From an uncultured bacterium (GTDB lineage: Bacteria; Krumholzibacteriota; Krumholzibacteriia; LZORAL124-64-63): a stretch of 64,000 bases of DNA. Positions 38,906 through 48,807 of the stretch are shown in pieces. The stretch covers positions 1,248,001 to 1,312,000 of the forward strand of contig CAVSGO010000007.1 of NCBI GenBank assembly GCA_963727525.1. Reading direction: 5' to 3'. How positions within the stretch are numbered: the first letter of the stretch is position 1; each line of letters begins with the position of its first letter. The notes below the pieces were generated by a model, which saw only the letters and a program-made list of their open reading frames with translations, was not told where the DNA came from and did not search any database. The position numbers and the translations under genes were made by a program.

Positions 38906-39003
38906 ACCGATGGCGAATGTGTTCGTAATCTAGCACCGGTCGCCACGAACGTCCAAATTTCAATGACGCCCGGATCCCTGAGCGGCTTCCGACGGGATTT
39001 TCG

Positions 39004-39093
39004 TGGCGGAGAGGCAGGGATTCGAACCCTGGGAACCCTTGCGGGTTCAACGGTTTTCGAGACCGTCCCGTTCAACCGCTCCGGCACCTCTCC
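39004..39093 (-). tRNA. tRNA-Ser(CGA)
   Basis: ACGGT-CT-CGA-AA-ACCGT; long variable arm; GCCA end. Confidence 0.96.
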
Positions 39094-39117
39094 GCAATCT
39101 GGGCGCTGCTGACAAGA

Positions 39118-39205
<88 letters not shown>

Positions 39206-39222
39206 GCCGCAGCGGACGCGGC

Positions 39223-39251
39223 AATATAACATTGACCCCCACGAAAATCAA
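39223..39251 (-). promoter_or_regulatory. sigma70 promoter of the tRNA-Ser pair
   Basis: TTGATT-N17-TATATT with TG extension and a GC-rich discriminator. Confidence 0.7.
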
Positions 39252-39280
39252 CACGACCACAACGACCTGGCAACCGCCCC

Positions 39281-39760
39281 TCAAACGCGGCGCCGACGGA
39301 AGAAATCCGTCAGCAACGCGCCCGCCGCTTCGGCGCCGATCGCCCCCACAACCTCCACCGCGTGCCGGTAGGGATGCCCCTGCAGGAGCCGGGACGTCGA
39401 GACCACGGCGCCGGCCCGGGGGTCGGGAGCGGCAAAGACCAGGGTGGTGATGCGGCTCAGCAGGATCGCGCCGCAGCACATGGTGCACGGCTCGAGGGTG
39501 ACATACAGGGTGGCGCCGTCCAACCGCCAGTCGCCCGCCGCGCTCGCCGCCGCGCCGATGGCGAGGATCTCTGCGTGCGCCGTGACATCGCACAGTCCCT
39601 CCACCTGATTGCGGCCGCGGCCCAGCACGCGTCCTTCGCGCACCACCACGGCACCGACGGGCACCTCCCCCGCCTCCGCCGCGGCGACGGCCTCGCGCAT
39701 CGCCTCGGCCATCCAGCGTTCGTGGCTGCGGAAGCTGGCGAGCAACTCGTCGTCCGTCAC
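39281..39760 (-). CDS. tadA: tRNA adenosine(34) deaminase
   Basis: GEVPVGAVVV, AHAEI, LYVTLEPCTMC, FFRRRR. Confidence 0.93.
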   Translation of the reverse strand: MTDDELLASFRSHERWMAEAMREAVAAAEAGEVPVGAVVVREGRVLGRGRNQVEGLCDVTAHAEILAIGAAASAAGDWRLDGATLYVTLEPCTMCCGAILLSRITTLVFAAPDPRAGAVVSTSRLLQGHPYRHAVEVVGAIGAEAAGALLTDFFRRRRV

Positions 39761-41943
39761 GGCACCGTGCCCTCGGCCGTGGCCACGTTGCCGGCCAGAT
39801 CCCACACCTGCACGCGCACGCGCCAGGGCTTGACGGTCGAGCCGGAATCGGGTCGCGGGAACACCAGATCGCCACGGAATTCTTCGGTCGCACTGTCGCA
39901 GATTCCGTCACGCGGATCGAGACGCTCGCTGGTTCCGTCCGGCAAGATCACCTGGGCACCGGCCAGCGGCCCACCGGCATCGCGCGCGCGCAGCGAAATG
40001 CGCAGGCCGGTCGGCACCGCCTCCAGCGTCAAACCGTCGAGGACGGGCGGCGTGTTGTCGACCTCGATCTCTGGCAGCGTACGCTGCGCCTCGGTCGCCA
40101 GGGCGGCCGGGTTGTCCGGCCGATCGCTGGCGCGCAGACGCACGGCGTAGTCGCCGTCGGGCACGTCGGAGGTATCCCAGGTCAGTACCGGATCAGGCGT
40201 GGGATCCGCGATCGGACGCCAAGTTGCATCGCCGTGGCGCTGATACTCGAGCTGAAATTCGAGGCGGTCGTGGTTGGGGTCGATCGCGTGCCAGGCGAAG
40301 GTGCGCAACGGACGCAGCGCCGCTGCGCGCTCCCGATCGAGGCGGCGGTCGCTGCGGCTCGTCGTGCTGTACTCCACCTTGAGGCCGCTGTCGAATTTCT
40401 GCGTGGCGTTGTCGTTGCCGCCGAGCATACCGCCGCTGACGATCTCCCCACCGGGCTGCGGCTCGAAGATGGTGATCTCGGGCGGCAAGTTCGGTGCGAA
40501 GGCGCTCACCGACACGGCATCGACACGCGCATCCGGATCGTTCCCGTTAAAGGTTGCCCGCCACTGAAGATAGCGGCTCGGCGCCACCGGGATCGCCACA
40601 TCGTCGCCGCGATCGAGGTCCACCCACTCGGACCACGTCGTGTCGGGATGCGCGCCGGCCCCCGTGCGCACGGCGAAGCGGACGCCGGCGTCGCGCGGCG
40701 TCGTGCGCGCACGCAGGCGCCCCCAGCGCACGGTCACGTCACCGTCGAGCGGCTCGCTGAAGGCCGCGGCATCATGGCGCGTCGGCGTGAGGAGCGACAC
40801 CTCGCCCGGATGGGCCTGGCTCACGACGAGGGTCGCGCCCTGCTTGCCGATGGCCAGCAGATCGAGGATGTCGCCGCCATTCCACGTCGCGAGGGGATGC
40901 ACGGCGGAGGGAGGATCGAGCACCATCACCGTGGTGGGCAACCCTTCGTCGCGCTTGCCCGCACCGACCCAGCCCCAGGTGGCGCTCCAGGCCGCGATCA
41001 TGAGTTCGCGATCGCTGGCCCAGATGCGACGCGGTACGTCCGCCGTGAGCGCGTAGAGCGCCGAACGCACCGGCCCCAGTCCGTTGTCGGGCGTGACGAC
41101 CATCGCGACCGCGGACCCGAAGGGATTGGCATCGGTGGGCTTGCTCTTGCCACTGCCCTGACCCGGGTCGGACGCCTGATCGTCGTCGCTGGCGAGACCG
41201 AGCACGTACCAGCCGTCGGGCCCGCGCAGGATCTGGCGTACCTCGTCCTGCTCGACCTCCAGGAGCAGCTCGGGCGCCGGCTTCTTCGCATGCGGATCCA
41301 CTGCGAATACGCGGCCGGGGCCTTGCGTGGCCACGAGGAGACGCCCGTCCGTGTCGACGGCGAGATCGAGCGCGTTCGTCGCGGGCAACGCGACGACCTT
41401 TTCCACATCGCCCTGGCGCGGCAAGCGGTACACGGCGGCCGGCGAACCCGTGGCCAGGTACACGGCGCCATCGGCCGCGCGCCGGATGGCCCATACGTAG
41501 CCGCCCTCTACCGCGCCGCGCTCGGTAACCGTGCCATCGTGATCGATCCGATAGACCTGGCCTTGCGGCCCGCAACCGGCGATCACCCCGCCATCGTCGG
41601 CGAGCAATGCGAAGACTTCGGTGGCCGGCACCTTGGCGAGCAGACGCGCTTTGCCGTCGGACGCGAGCCTCCAGATCTGCCCGTCGTGTCCACTGGCCAC
41701 CAGGTAGCCGCCGTCGCCGTCGGAAACCGCACGCCAGTACACGCGACTGCTGTCGGCGAGCGCCGCCTGGGCGGTGACGCCGGGGATGAGTCGTCCCTGC
41801 GCATCGAGAGCCGCGCCATGCAGTTCCGTCTCGGCGAAGGGGCGTCCATCCGGATAGTCCCAGTACACGGGACCGGCCGCCTCGGCGCGGCTGGCGAGGA
41901 TGACGGCGAGAGCGAAGAGGGGTAGCAGCGCGCGGTGCGTCAT
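39757..41943 (-). CDS. Secreted beta-propeller plus Ig/FN3-like domain protein of unknown function
   Basis: Signal peptide; repeated blades (YVWAI..DGAVYLATG, LDLAVD.DGRLLVAT); WSEW..RYLQWR; PDGDYAVRLRASD, VDNTPP. Confidence 0.7.
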   Translation of the reverse strand: MTHRALLPLFALAVILASRAEAAGPVYWDYPDGRPFAETELHGAALDAQGRLIPGVTAQAALADSSRVYWRAVSDGDGGYLVASGHDGQIWRLASDGKARLLAKVPATEVFALLADDGGVIAGCGPQGQVYRIDHDGTVTERGAVEGGYVWAIRRAADGAVYLATGSPAAVYRLPRQGDVEKVVALPATNALDLAVDTDGRLLVATQGPGRVFAVDPHAKKPAPELLLEVEQDEVRQILRGPDGWYVLGLASDDDQASDPGQGSGKSKPTDANPFGSAVAMVVTPDNGLGPVRSALYALTADVPRRIWASDRELMIAAWSATWGWVGAGKRDEGLPTTVMVLDPPSAVHPLATWNGGDILDLLAIGKQGATLVVSQAHPGEVSLLTPTRHDAAAFSEPLDGDVTVRWGRLRARTTPRDAGVRFAVRTGAGAHPDTTWSEWVDLDRGDDVAIPVAPSRYLQWRATFNGNDPDARVDAVSVSAFAPNLPPEITIFEPQPGGEIVSGGMLGGNDNATQKFDSGLKVEYSTTSRSDRRLDRERAAALRPLRTFAWHAIDPNHDRLEFQLEYQRHGDATWRPIADPTPDPVLTWDTSDVPDGDYAVRLRASDRPDNPAALATEAQRTLPEIEVDNTPPVLDGLTLEAVPTGLRISLRARDAGGPLAGAQVILPDGTSERLDPRDGICDSATEEFRGDLVFPRPDSGSTVKPWRVRVQVWDLAGNVATAEGTVP

Positions 41944-43796
41944 GGTCGCGTCTCCTGAGGAACGGGTTGGCGGGGCGGGCGCACGTCCATTGGCAGGATC
42001 GCGTATCCCTTCAGCATGACATCGAGATCGCGGTGCACGCGCACCACGTAGGACGCAACGGTGGGCGTGGCGTCATCGTCGGGGCTCGCGGCAAGTGCCC
42101 GACCGATGCTGCCGGGCAGGTGCGCCAGCTCGTGACCGCCAGCCACGTAGCCGGTCTGCGGTGTGATCACAGCGGCCACGAGCGTGGCCGTGGAACGCGG
42201 TCGCGAGAGCAATGAGAAAAGCGCCTCGAGATCGTCGTCCGCGAAGAGTCCGGGTGCGCGCTGGGCATCGAGGGTGAAGAACTCGTTCGCGCTCGCCACG
42301 CCGATACGGTAGGAACCGGGCGCCAGACCCGGCGGCAACGTGAGCGTCAGCTTCTCGCGCCGCGTGCCGCCGCGCCAGTCCTCGAGATCCACCACCACGG
42401 GGATCGTGGCACCGGGTTCGGCCACGGCCGGCGCGTGGGCCGTCACGATCCTCGCCGCGGCGACGCCCGAAGTCGTGGTCAGGCGCGCCATCACGCTCAT
42501 CGGTACCAGCTTCGCGTGGCGGTTGGTCATGAGCGTGCGCAGGATCGGCATCCACTCCGTGCCGATGGCGGCCGCGCCCCCGGGGCCACCTGTCACACCG
42601 TGGGCCCCGAGCGGCGGCAGGTCCTGGCCGTCCGCCGTTCGCCAGCGCGTCTGCAGGTCATAGGTCACGGTCTGCAGGCTCGCATCGTTGCCGTCGGCCA
42701 GGAGCGAGCTGTAGAGGCACCAGAACACGAGCTGGGGCGTGAGCTGGGGCTCGAGCGCCACCTGGTAATGGTAGGCGCGCGCGTTGCCCGCGACGTCCAC
42801 CTGCACGTCCACCGGCACCGTGGGCGCCCGTTCGCCTAGCCGACCCGCGAGCCCGGCGCGCTGGTCGCGCGTGACACGCCCCACCACGTCGCCGGTGCCG
42901 CCGAGCTTGAAGCTCATGATCCGGCTGGGAAAGGTCGTGGTGATCTCGGCCGTGGCCAGCGGCAGATCCACCGGTCCCAGCTGCAGGAATGGGTGCCCCA
43001 TCATCACGACCTGGTCGCCGTCGCGCAGGCACGTCGTACCGATGGCGCCGATCTGACCATCGCCGTATACGAGTGCCACTGCGCAGGCACTGCCTGCCTG
43101 CAATGTCGTCGCGCTTATGGCCGACGGTGCGGACGCGCGCCCGCCCGGCGCGGTCACGGCCAGCCCCAGGGGAAGACTCGCGAGTCCCGCGACCGTGTCG
43201 CGCGGTAGAATTCCCGGGAGCAGCCGGGCTGCCAGCGCGGCGGGCGTGGGCCACGGATCACCGGTCGGCGCCACCGCCAGCCCGGGCGGCGGCGACTGCC
43301 CGAGCACCGCGGCCGCGAAAACGCCGTGTCCAGGGCCGAAGACGCCGGCGGCCGGGACATCGCCCATGTCGGGCGACCCGGCGTTCGCCGCCTGGCGATC
43401 GTCCTTCGCCGCCACGCCGAGCAACTCCGCGGCCGGCGTGACGCCGGCGATGGGCCGCAGCGCGCCTTGCCATCCGGACGACACGGCGCCGAGCAGCTTG
43501 CCGTCGACGTACACTGGACTTCCACTCATGCCCTGCGCGACGGACGAGGTCTCGAGGTCGTGCCCGGACAGCTCCACGATGATGAGGTCGGCGCCGGGGC
43601 TCACGTTGCGTCGCACGCCGAGGACGGTGACGCCGAACGTGTCGATGCTCGCACCGGCGAACACGGTGAGACCGTAGCCGGTGAGGCCTGGATGCACGTC
43701 GTCGATTGGAAACACCGTGGGTAGCGCGGCCGCCGCGGCGGCAACGAGCATGCTCGGAACGAGAAACCCCGTCAGGCTCGCGATGAGGGTCTTCAC
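41940..43796 (-). CDS. SpoIVB peptidase S55-domain exported protein
   Basis: Signal peptide; GYGLTVFAG, VAQGMSGSPVYVDGKLLGAV, GHPFL, SFKLG. Confidence 0.85.
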   Translation of the reverse strand: MKTLIASLTGFLVPSMLVAAAAAALPTVFPIDDVHPGLTGYGLTVFAGASIDTFGVTVLGVRRNVSPGADLIIVELSGHDLETSSVAQGMSGSPVYVDGKLLGAVSSGWQGALRPIAGVTPAAELLGVAAKDDRQAANAGSPDMGDVPAAGVFGPGHGVFAAAVLGQSPPPGLAVAPTGDPWPTPAALAARLLPGILPRDTVAGLASLPLGLAVTAPGGRASAPSAISATTLQAGSACAVALVYGDGQIGAIGTTCLRDGDQVVMMGHPFLQLGPVDLPLATAEITTTFPSRIMSFKLGGTGDVVGRVTRDQRAGLAGRLGERAPTVPVDVQVDVAGNARAYHYQVALEPQLTPQLVFWCLYSSLLADGNDASLQTVTYDLQTRWRTADGQDLPPLGAHGVTGGPGGAAAIGTEWMPILRTLMTNRHAKLVPMSVMARLTTTSGVAAARIVTAHAPAVAEPGATIPVVVDLEDWRGGTRREKLTLTLPPGLAPGSYRIGVASANEFFTLDAQRAPGLFADDDLEALFSLLSRPRSTATLVAAVITPQTGYVAGGHELAHLPGSIGRALAASPDDDATPTVASYVVRVHRDLDVMLKGYAILPMDVRPPRQPVPQETRP

Positions 43797-43860
43797 GAGG
43801 GCGTGACCGCCTTGTTGAGGGACAGGAGGTAGCTTGGGTGGCGCTGGAACACCGACGCGG

Positions 43861-43889
43861 AGGTTAGGTTCGCGCTTTTCTTTTGGCAA
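43861..43889 (-). promoter_or_regulatory. sigma70-type promoter for the S55 peptidase operon
   Basis: TTGCCA-N17-TAACCT. Confidence 0.6.
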
Positions 43890-43900
43890 ACCACGAAACG

Positions 43901-43930
43901 ACGAAGCCCGTCCGTACGGCCGGGCTTCGT
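43901..43930 (-). terminator. Probable terminator hairpin after tRNA-Arg
   Basis: 10-bp stem ACGAAGCCCG/CGGGCTTCGT followed on the minus strand by a weak T-rich tail. Confidence 0.6.
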
Positions 43931-43937
43931 GCGAGGG

Positions 43938-44014
43938 TGGTACGCCCAGGAGGATTCGAACCCCCAACCTTCTGGTCCGTAGCCAGATGCTCTATCCAGT
44001 TGAGCTATGGGCGC
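43938..44014 (-). tRNA. tRNA-Arg(ACG)
   Basis: TCTGG-CT-ACG-GA-CCAGA; encoded CCA. Confidence 0.96.
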
Positions 44015-44050
44015 ACCGATCTCGTTGTGGTCGCGCGCAAGCGCGCTATC

Positions 44051-44141
<91 letters not shown>

Positions 44142-44154
44142 GAGGCCTCTATGC

Positions 44155-44241
44155 TGGCGGAGGGCGGGGGACTCGAACCCCCAAGGGTTTTCACCCGGCG
44201 GTTTTCAAGACCGCTGCCTTACCAGTTAGGACTAGCCCTCC
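44155..44241 (-). tRNA. tRNA-Ser(TGA)
   Basis: GCGGT-CT-TGA-AA-ACCGC; 7-bp acceptor stem; G73 discriminator. Confidence 0.95.
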
Positions 44242-44386
44242 CAAGGTCCCAGTCCTGAGACTCGCAAATCCCGAGGTTCACAGAATCCTGAGGCTTGCCA
44301 GTCTCGTGCGGTCGCCGCCCGCCCACGCTTCCACGTGTCAGGACCGCTCCGCAAGCCGAGGGCCGCCGGAGCGAACCGGCACGTTA

Positions 44387-46765
44387 CTACTTGCCCTTAA
44401 GCTTGTCAAGCAAACCACCTGCGGCCTTCTTCAGCTTGTCCTTGGCCTCCTCCTGCACCTTCGGATTCTGCAGGATCTTCTTCGTATCCAGGTCGAGGCT
44501 CGCCTCCGGGTCGCGCGAGTTCCCGGTGAGTTTCACGTCCAGCCCGATCCGCCCGTCGCCGTCGCGCAATCCGTCGGCGAGAAATGAGGCGTCGCCGAGA
44601 TCGGGCGTGAATCCGGGTGGCAGCTTCACGTGGAACTCCAGGTCCAGCGCGCCATCGAGCCCCACCGAACCGGAACCCGTCCAGTCCGTGTCCTTGCCGT
44701 CGATGTCCAGGTTCGAGAGCTTGATCTTGCCGTCCTCGATCCGGAAGCTCTCCTTGCACTTGTTGTAGACCACGTGCAGCAAGTCGGCGCGCGTTCCGAG
44801 GTACGGCTCGAGACCGCCGAGCATGTCCTTGAGGTCGATGCGTCCATTGGCACCATCGAGCATGCCCGTCATAGCGAGCGACGACGTGATGCGCGCCTTA
44901 TCGCCGAGGCGGCACGACCCCGAGGTATGCGCCTGGAGATTGCCGGTCCAGATGGCGGCGAGCTGCGGCACGTACGGCGCAAGCAATGCGCTCGCCGGAA
45001 CCTGGGAAGCATCGAGAGTGAACGTGGCCACACCCTGCGGATCCGTCGCATAGTCGACGTTGCCGGTTCCGGTGATGTCGCCACCTCCGAGGTCGGCGTC
45101 CAGGGCCGTCACCGTGAGCACCTTGTGGGCGAGGTTGCCGCTGAGTCCGACGCTCGTGTAAGGCGTTTTCATGAGCATCACCTTCGCCACCGTGGTTTTC
45201 ACCACCAGCTCGAGATCGGCAGGAATGAGATCGCCAGGCGCGGTCGTCCCCCTGGCCTCGGCAGCATGGGCGGCATCCACGAGCGACCAGCCGCTGCGGC
45301 GCGCTTGCTGATCGCCCGCCTGCTTCTGCATCGCCGCCGCCAACGCATCGAGGTCGAGATTCTCCACAGCCGCCTCGATATGGTGCGCCCGACCCTTCGC
45401 GCCGAGGGCGATGGTCATCTTGGCAGTCCCCTGCACCACCGGATGCGCGAGGTCGCTCAGCACGAGCGTCTGCGGCCAGCCCGCGCGGTGGAGATCGCCG
45501 GTGTAGTCGAGCCGCGGGATCTGCAGCGGTTCGCCGAGCAGAGGCATGGCCAGGCTGAGCTGCTGACCTTCGGCGTGCAGGCGGAACCGATCGAGCAGAC
45601 CCTTCGCCGGACCTGCCTGCCACGCCGCCTTGTCGCTCAGCGCCGGTGCCCGGGCCGCCTTCGCCTCCAGCGAGACTGTGAGCTTGCCCGTCAGGGATGG
45701 CGGCGAAGCGGCCCCCTGTGGCCGCGGCGGCAGGAACGCCAGCAGAGCGCCCGGAAGGGTCGCGAGATCCACCGTCCCGTGGAGGTCGGCCGCGAGAGGC
45801 CCACCTGTGGGCGGCAGCGTCATACTCGTCTGGCCCGCGAGTTCGGCGGCGCCGTCGGGCCCGGTGAGCGTGAGATTCTCGATGCTGAGCTGCTTGCCAC
45901 TCGCCGGCGCCAGCGCCACCTGGCCCACCGCCGTCGCCCGCCAGCCGGGCAGGCTCAGCTCGGAGACGTCGAATGCGATCCGGTCCGTCGCGGGCGGCAC
46001 GGTAACCGTCGTCTTCAGGGTCACATCGGTCAGCGGCGGCAGCGGTGAGGCGCCGAACCCGACCAGCTCGATCTTCGCGATGGTCGCGTCCAGGGCGAGG
46101 GAGGCGTCGCCAGCGGCATCGGCGGACGCATCGGCTTTCCCGGGCGCCGACAGGCGCTGCAAGCGTCGCAGCAACAGGCCCAGGTCCGGCGCCGTGAGAT
46201 CCTGCTGCCAGCCGGAGAGGGCGACGCGGCGGCCGCTGTCCGCGTCTTGCCACGTCACCGTGCCGTCGCGCACTTCCACGCCGGCGAACGCCAGACCCCA
46301 GGCAGCGGACTGGCCGCCACCGCCACCGCCGCCGCCACCGGGCACGCCACCAGTGTCGGTCGGCGCCGTGCGGGTGGCGATATTGAGATCTGGTCCGATC
46401 AGCCGGATCTCGCCGAACTCGAGCCGTTTCTTGAGCAGAGGCACCAGGGCGAGATCGATCTCGAAGCGTTTCAGCCCCACGTATCCGCGCACGAGCGGTC
46501 CGGGCTGCTGTCCCGCCCGGCGCAACCCTTCTGCCGTGACGGTGAGCCGGCTCTCACCGAGCACGAGCCGCAGCCGCGGCCACAAGCGCACGGAGACTTC
46601 GCCCAGGTTCACATCTCCGCCCGTGGCAGTACGCAGGCGCTCTACCGCCATGGCGCGCAGCTTGTCCCTGGGCACGAGACGCGGCAGGAGCACCGTCGCC
46701 AACACGAGCAGGCCCACCACCACCACGAGCACCGTCAGGATCGTGCGTCGTCGCGAACGCGCCAT
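44387..46765 (-). CDS. AsmA family protein
   Basis: N-terminal TM segment, LRTATG..V.LG, LVPLLKKRLEFGEIRLIGP, beta-taco-like C-terminus (GSGSVGLDGALDL). Confidence 0.8.
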   Translation of the reverse strand: MARSRRRTILTVLVVVVGLLVLATVLLPRLVPRDKLRAMAVERLRTATGGDVNLGEVSVRLWPRLRLVLGESRLTVTAEGLRRAGQQPGPLVRGYVGLKRFEIDLALVPLLKKRLEFGEIRLIGPDLNIATRTAPTDTGGVPGGGGGGGGGQSAAWGLAFAGVEVRDGTVTWQDADSGRRVALSGWQQDLTAPDLGLLLRRLQRLSAPGKADASADAAGDASLALDATIAKIELVGFGASPLPPLTDVTLKTTVTVPPATDRIAFDVSELSLPGWRATAVGQVALAPASGKQLSIENLTLTGPDGAAELAGQTSMTLPPTGGPLAADLHGTVDLATLPGALLAFLPPRPQGAASPPSLTGKLTVSLEAKAARAPALSDKAAWQAGPAKGLLDRFRLHAEGQQLSLAMPLLGEPLQIPRLDYTGDLHRAGWPQTLVLSDLAHPVVQGTAKMTIALGAKGRAHHIEAAVENLDLDALAAAMQKQAGDQQARRSGWSLVDAAHAAEARGTTAPGDLIPADLELVVKTTVAKVMLMKTPYTSVGLSGNLAHKVLTVTALDADLGGGDITGTGNVDYATDPQGVATFTLDASQVPASALLAPYVPQLAAIWTGNLQAHTSGSCRLGDKARITSSLAMTGMLDGANGRIDLKDMLGGLEPYLGTRADLLHVVYNKCKESFRIEDGKIKLSNLDIDGKDTDWTGSGSVGLDGALDLEFHVKLPPGFTPDLGDASFLADGLRDGDGRIGLDVKLTGNSRDPEASLDLDTKKILQNPKVQEEAKDKLKKAAGGLLDKLKGK

Positions 46766-46821
46766 GGTTCCTCCTTCGCCCGCGTGTGCCCAGACATCAT
46801 GGGCCTCGAGACATTGCGTGC

Positions 46822-47970
46822 CTAGGGTCGTGCCGCCACCAGCCGGCCGCCGCCGAGGACACGGTCGCCGTCGTACAGGACGACGGCCTGACCCGGGGCG
46901 GCACCGTGGACCGGGGCGGCGAGCGTCACCTCGACCGTTCCATCCGGCGCGAAAAGCGCGCCTTGCACCGGTACGCCCGCGTGGCGATGCCGGATGCGTG
47001 CGGTCCAGCCCGTGCTCCCGTCGAGCATCGGCCCCTGCGTCGGCAGGTCGGGCACGGCCGCCACAAAATCGTCGGCAAGAAGCCGAGTGGCCGCCAGTTC
47101 CTCACGCCTGCCGACCACGAGGCGATTGGCTCCGCGCTCGAGCGCGAGCACGTAGAGCGGCTCAGCAGCCGCCACCTGCAGCCCGCGCCGCTGCCCCACC
47201 GTATAGTGGACCAGACCGCGGTGCTCTCCCAGCGTCCGGCCCTGCCGGTCGACGATCGGACCGGGCCGGGTGGACGCCGGGTCATCGGCGAACAGGAAGC
47301 TGCGGTCGCCGGTGGGCACGAAGCAGATCTCCTGGCTCTCCGGCTTGCTGGCCACCGGCAGACCCAACGCATGCGCCGCCTCGCGCACGGCCGGTTTCGT
47401 GGCCCATCCCAGCGGGAACACCACACGTGACCACACCCGCCGTGGCACGCGCGCCAGGAAATAGGCCTGATCCTTCTCGATGTCGACGCCGCGCAGGAGC
47501 GCGCTATCATCGCCGCCGATCGGGTCCGTGCGCGCATAGTGGCCGGTGGCCACGTAGTCGCAGCCCATGCGGTCGGCCAGGGTGAGCAGGTGCGGGAAGC
47601 GGACCTGGCTGTTGCAGGCGAGGCACGGATTGGGCGTACGCGCCGCACGGTATTCCTGCACGAAGGGCGCGATCACCTGCGCCCGGAACGCCTCGCTCAC
47701 GTCGGTGACCCAGTGCCGGGCGCCGAAGCGATGAGCGAGGGCGCGCGCATCCTCGATCGCCTCGAGCGAGCAGCACGACTTGCCGCCGGGATCGGCGTGC
47801 TCGCCGTAGCAGAAATTCTTGAACGTGACCGTGCGCACGTCGCAGCCCAGCTCGCTGAGGATCGCCAGCGCGAGGGCACTGTCGACCCCGCCGCTGAGCG
47901 CCAGCAAGACGGAGGCGCCGGGCGACAACGCCCGGCGCAGTGGCTCGGCAATGGGCAACGTCACGGGCAT
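46822..47970 (-). CDS. mnmA: tRNA 2-thiouridylase MnmA
   Basis: SGGVDS, TPNPCLACN, ATGHYAR, KDQAYFL, SQEICF, YTVGQRRGL, PGQAVVLY. Confidence 0.96.
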   Translation of the reverse strand: MPVTLPIAEPLRRALSPGASVLLALSGGVDSALALAILSELGCDVRTVTFKNFCYGEHADPGGKSCCSLEAIEDARALAHRFGARHWVTDVSEAFRAQVIAPFVQEYRAARTPNPCLACNSQVRFPHLLTLADRMGCDYVATGHYARTDPIGGDDSALLRGVDIEKDQAYFLARVPRRVWSRVVFPLGWATKPAVREAAHALGLPVASKPESQEICFVPTGDRSFLFADDPASTRPGPIVDRQGRTLGEHRGLVHYTVGQRRGLQVAAAEPLYVLALERGANRLVVGRREELAATRLLADDFVAAVPDLPTQGPMLDGSTGWTARIRHRHAGVPVQGALFAPDGTVEVTLAAPVHGAAPGQAVVLYDGDRVLGGGRLVAARP

Positions 47971-47988
47971 GCGCTCCTTCGAGACCCC

Positions 47989-48747
47989 CTACTGCGTGGC
48001 GGGCTGGGCCGGCGCCTTCTGGAGATCATCGAGGATCTTCAGATTCGCCTGCGAACGTTCCCCGACGTCGCCGTCGGGATCGTACTTCACGGCGAGCTTC
48101 CACTCGCGCTCGGCCTCGCGATAGATCCGCGCCTCGGCGAACATCACCGCGAGGTGATAGTGACCCAGCGCGCTCTTCGGGTCCCGGTCGAGCACCTTCA
48201 TGAACTCGTCCTTGGCCTTCTCCGTCTCGCGCTGGCGCAGGTACAGGGCGCCGAGATTGCAGCGCGCCTTCTCGTCATCCGGCCGTAGCTCCAGGGCATG
48301 GTTGTACATGGTGGCGGCCTGCTCCACGCGGGCATCGCGCTCCTTCTGGGGCGCCATCATGTCCGAACGCGTGTCCCAGACGCCACCGAGATTGACCCAG
48401 CCCTCCACGAATGTGGAATCGGCGGCCACCGACTTGAGGAACCAGGTTTCCGACGAATCGAGAAGGGCCTTGGCGGCGGCATCGTTCCAACCGCGCGCCT
48501 TGGCCGTGTCCTCGGCGGCCGAATAGTAGCGATTGCCCAGCTCGTACTGCGCAAACGTCGCGCGCTCCCCGCCGCGGTCGGCGATCGCGCGCAGGGTATC
48601 CATCGCCGCGGGCTGCGGCAGGTCGCGAATACCATCGACGAAGCGATCCAGATCGCTCTGGGGCACCTTCGTCTCGCGACATCCCGCCGCCGCGACAGCA
48701 AGCGCCGCGAGCAACAGCGGCCAGGCAAACTTGGCGATCCGCTTCAT
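47989..48747 (-). CDS. TPR lipoprotein
   Basis: Lipobox AAGC; TPR-like WVNLG, ARCNLGALY, GHYHLA. Confidence 0.8.
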   Translation of the reverse strand: MKRIAKFAWPLLLAALAVAAAGCRETKVPQSDLDRFVDGIRDLPQPAAMDTLRAIADRGGERATFAQYELGNRYYSAAEDTAKARGWNDAAAKALLDSSETWFLKSVAADSTFVEGWVNLGGVWDTRSDMMAPQKERDARVEQAATMYNHALELRPDDEKARCNLGALYLRQRETEKAKDEFMKVLDRDPKSALGHYHLAVMFAEARIYREAEREWKLAVKYDPDGDVGERSQANLKILDDLQKAPAQPATQ

Positions 48748-48807
48748 GGTGTTCCTCTCCTGTCCTCGTCCGGTCCTCTGTCTGGGCTTCGATCGCGACC
48801 GGCGGAC

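Noticed and set aside
44155-44241. Possible tRNA-Sec, given selA nearby and TTCAA on the plus strand
   Set aside because: The gene is on the minus strand with anticodon TGA, a 7-bp acceptor stem and a normal D-arm, so it is tRNA-Ser.
44257-44305. Imperfect inverted repeat upstream of tRNA-Ser(TGA) as another copy of the hairpin family
   Set aside because: It lacks the shared 23-nt loop and the GGGGTGTG motif; more likely a leader or terminator stem.
46313-46340. (CCG/CCA)n microsatellite
   Set aside because: It is a poly-Gly linker within AsmA.
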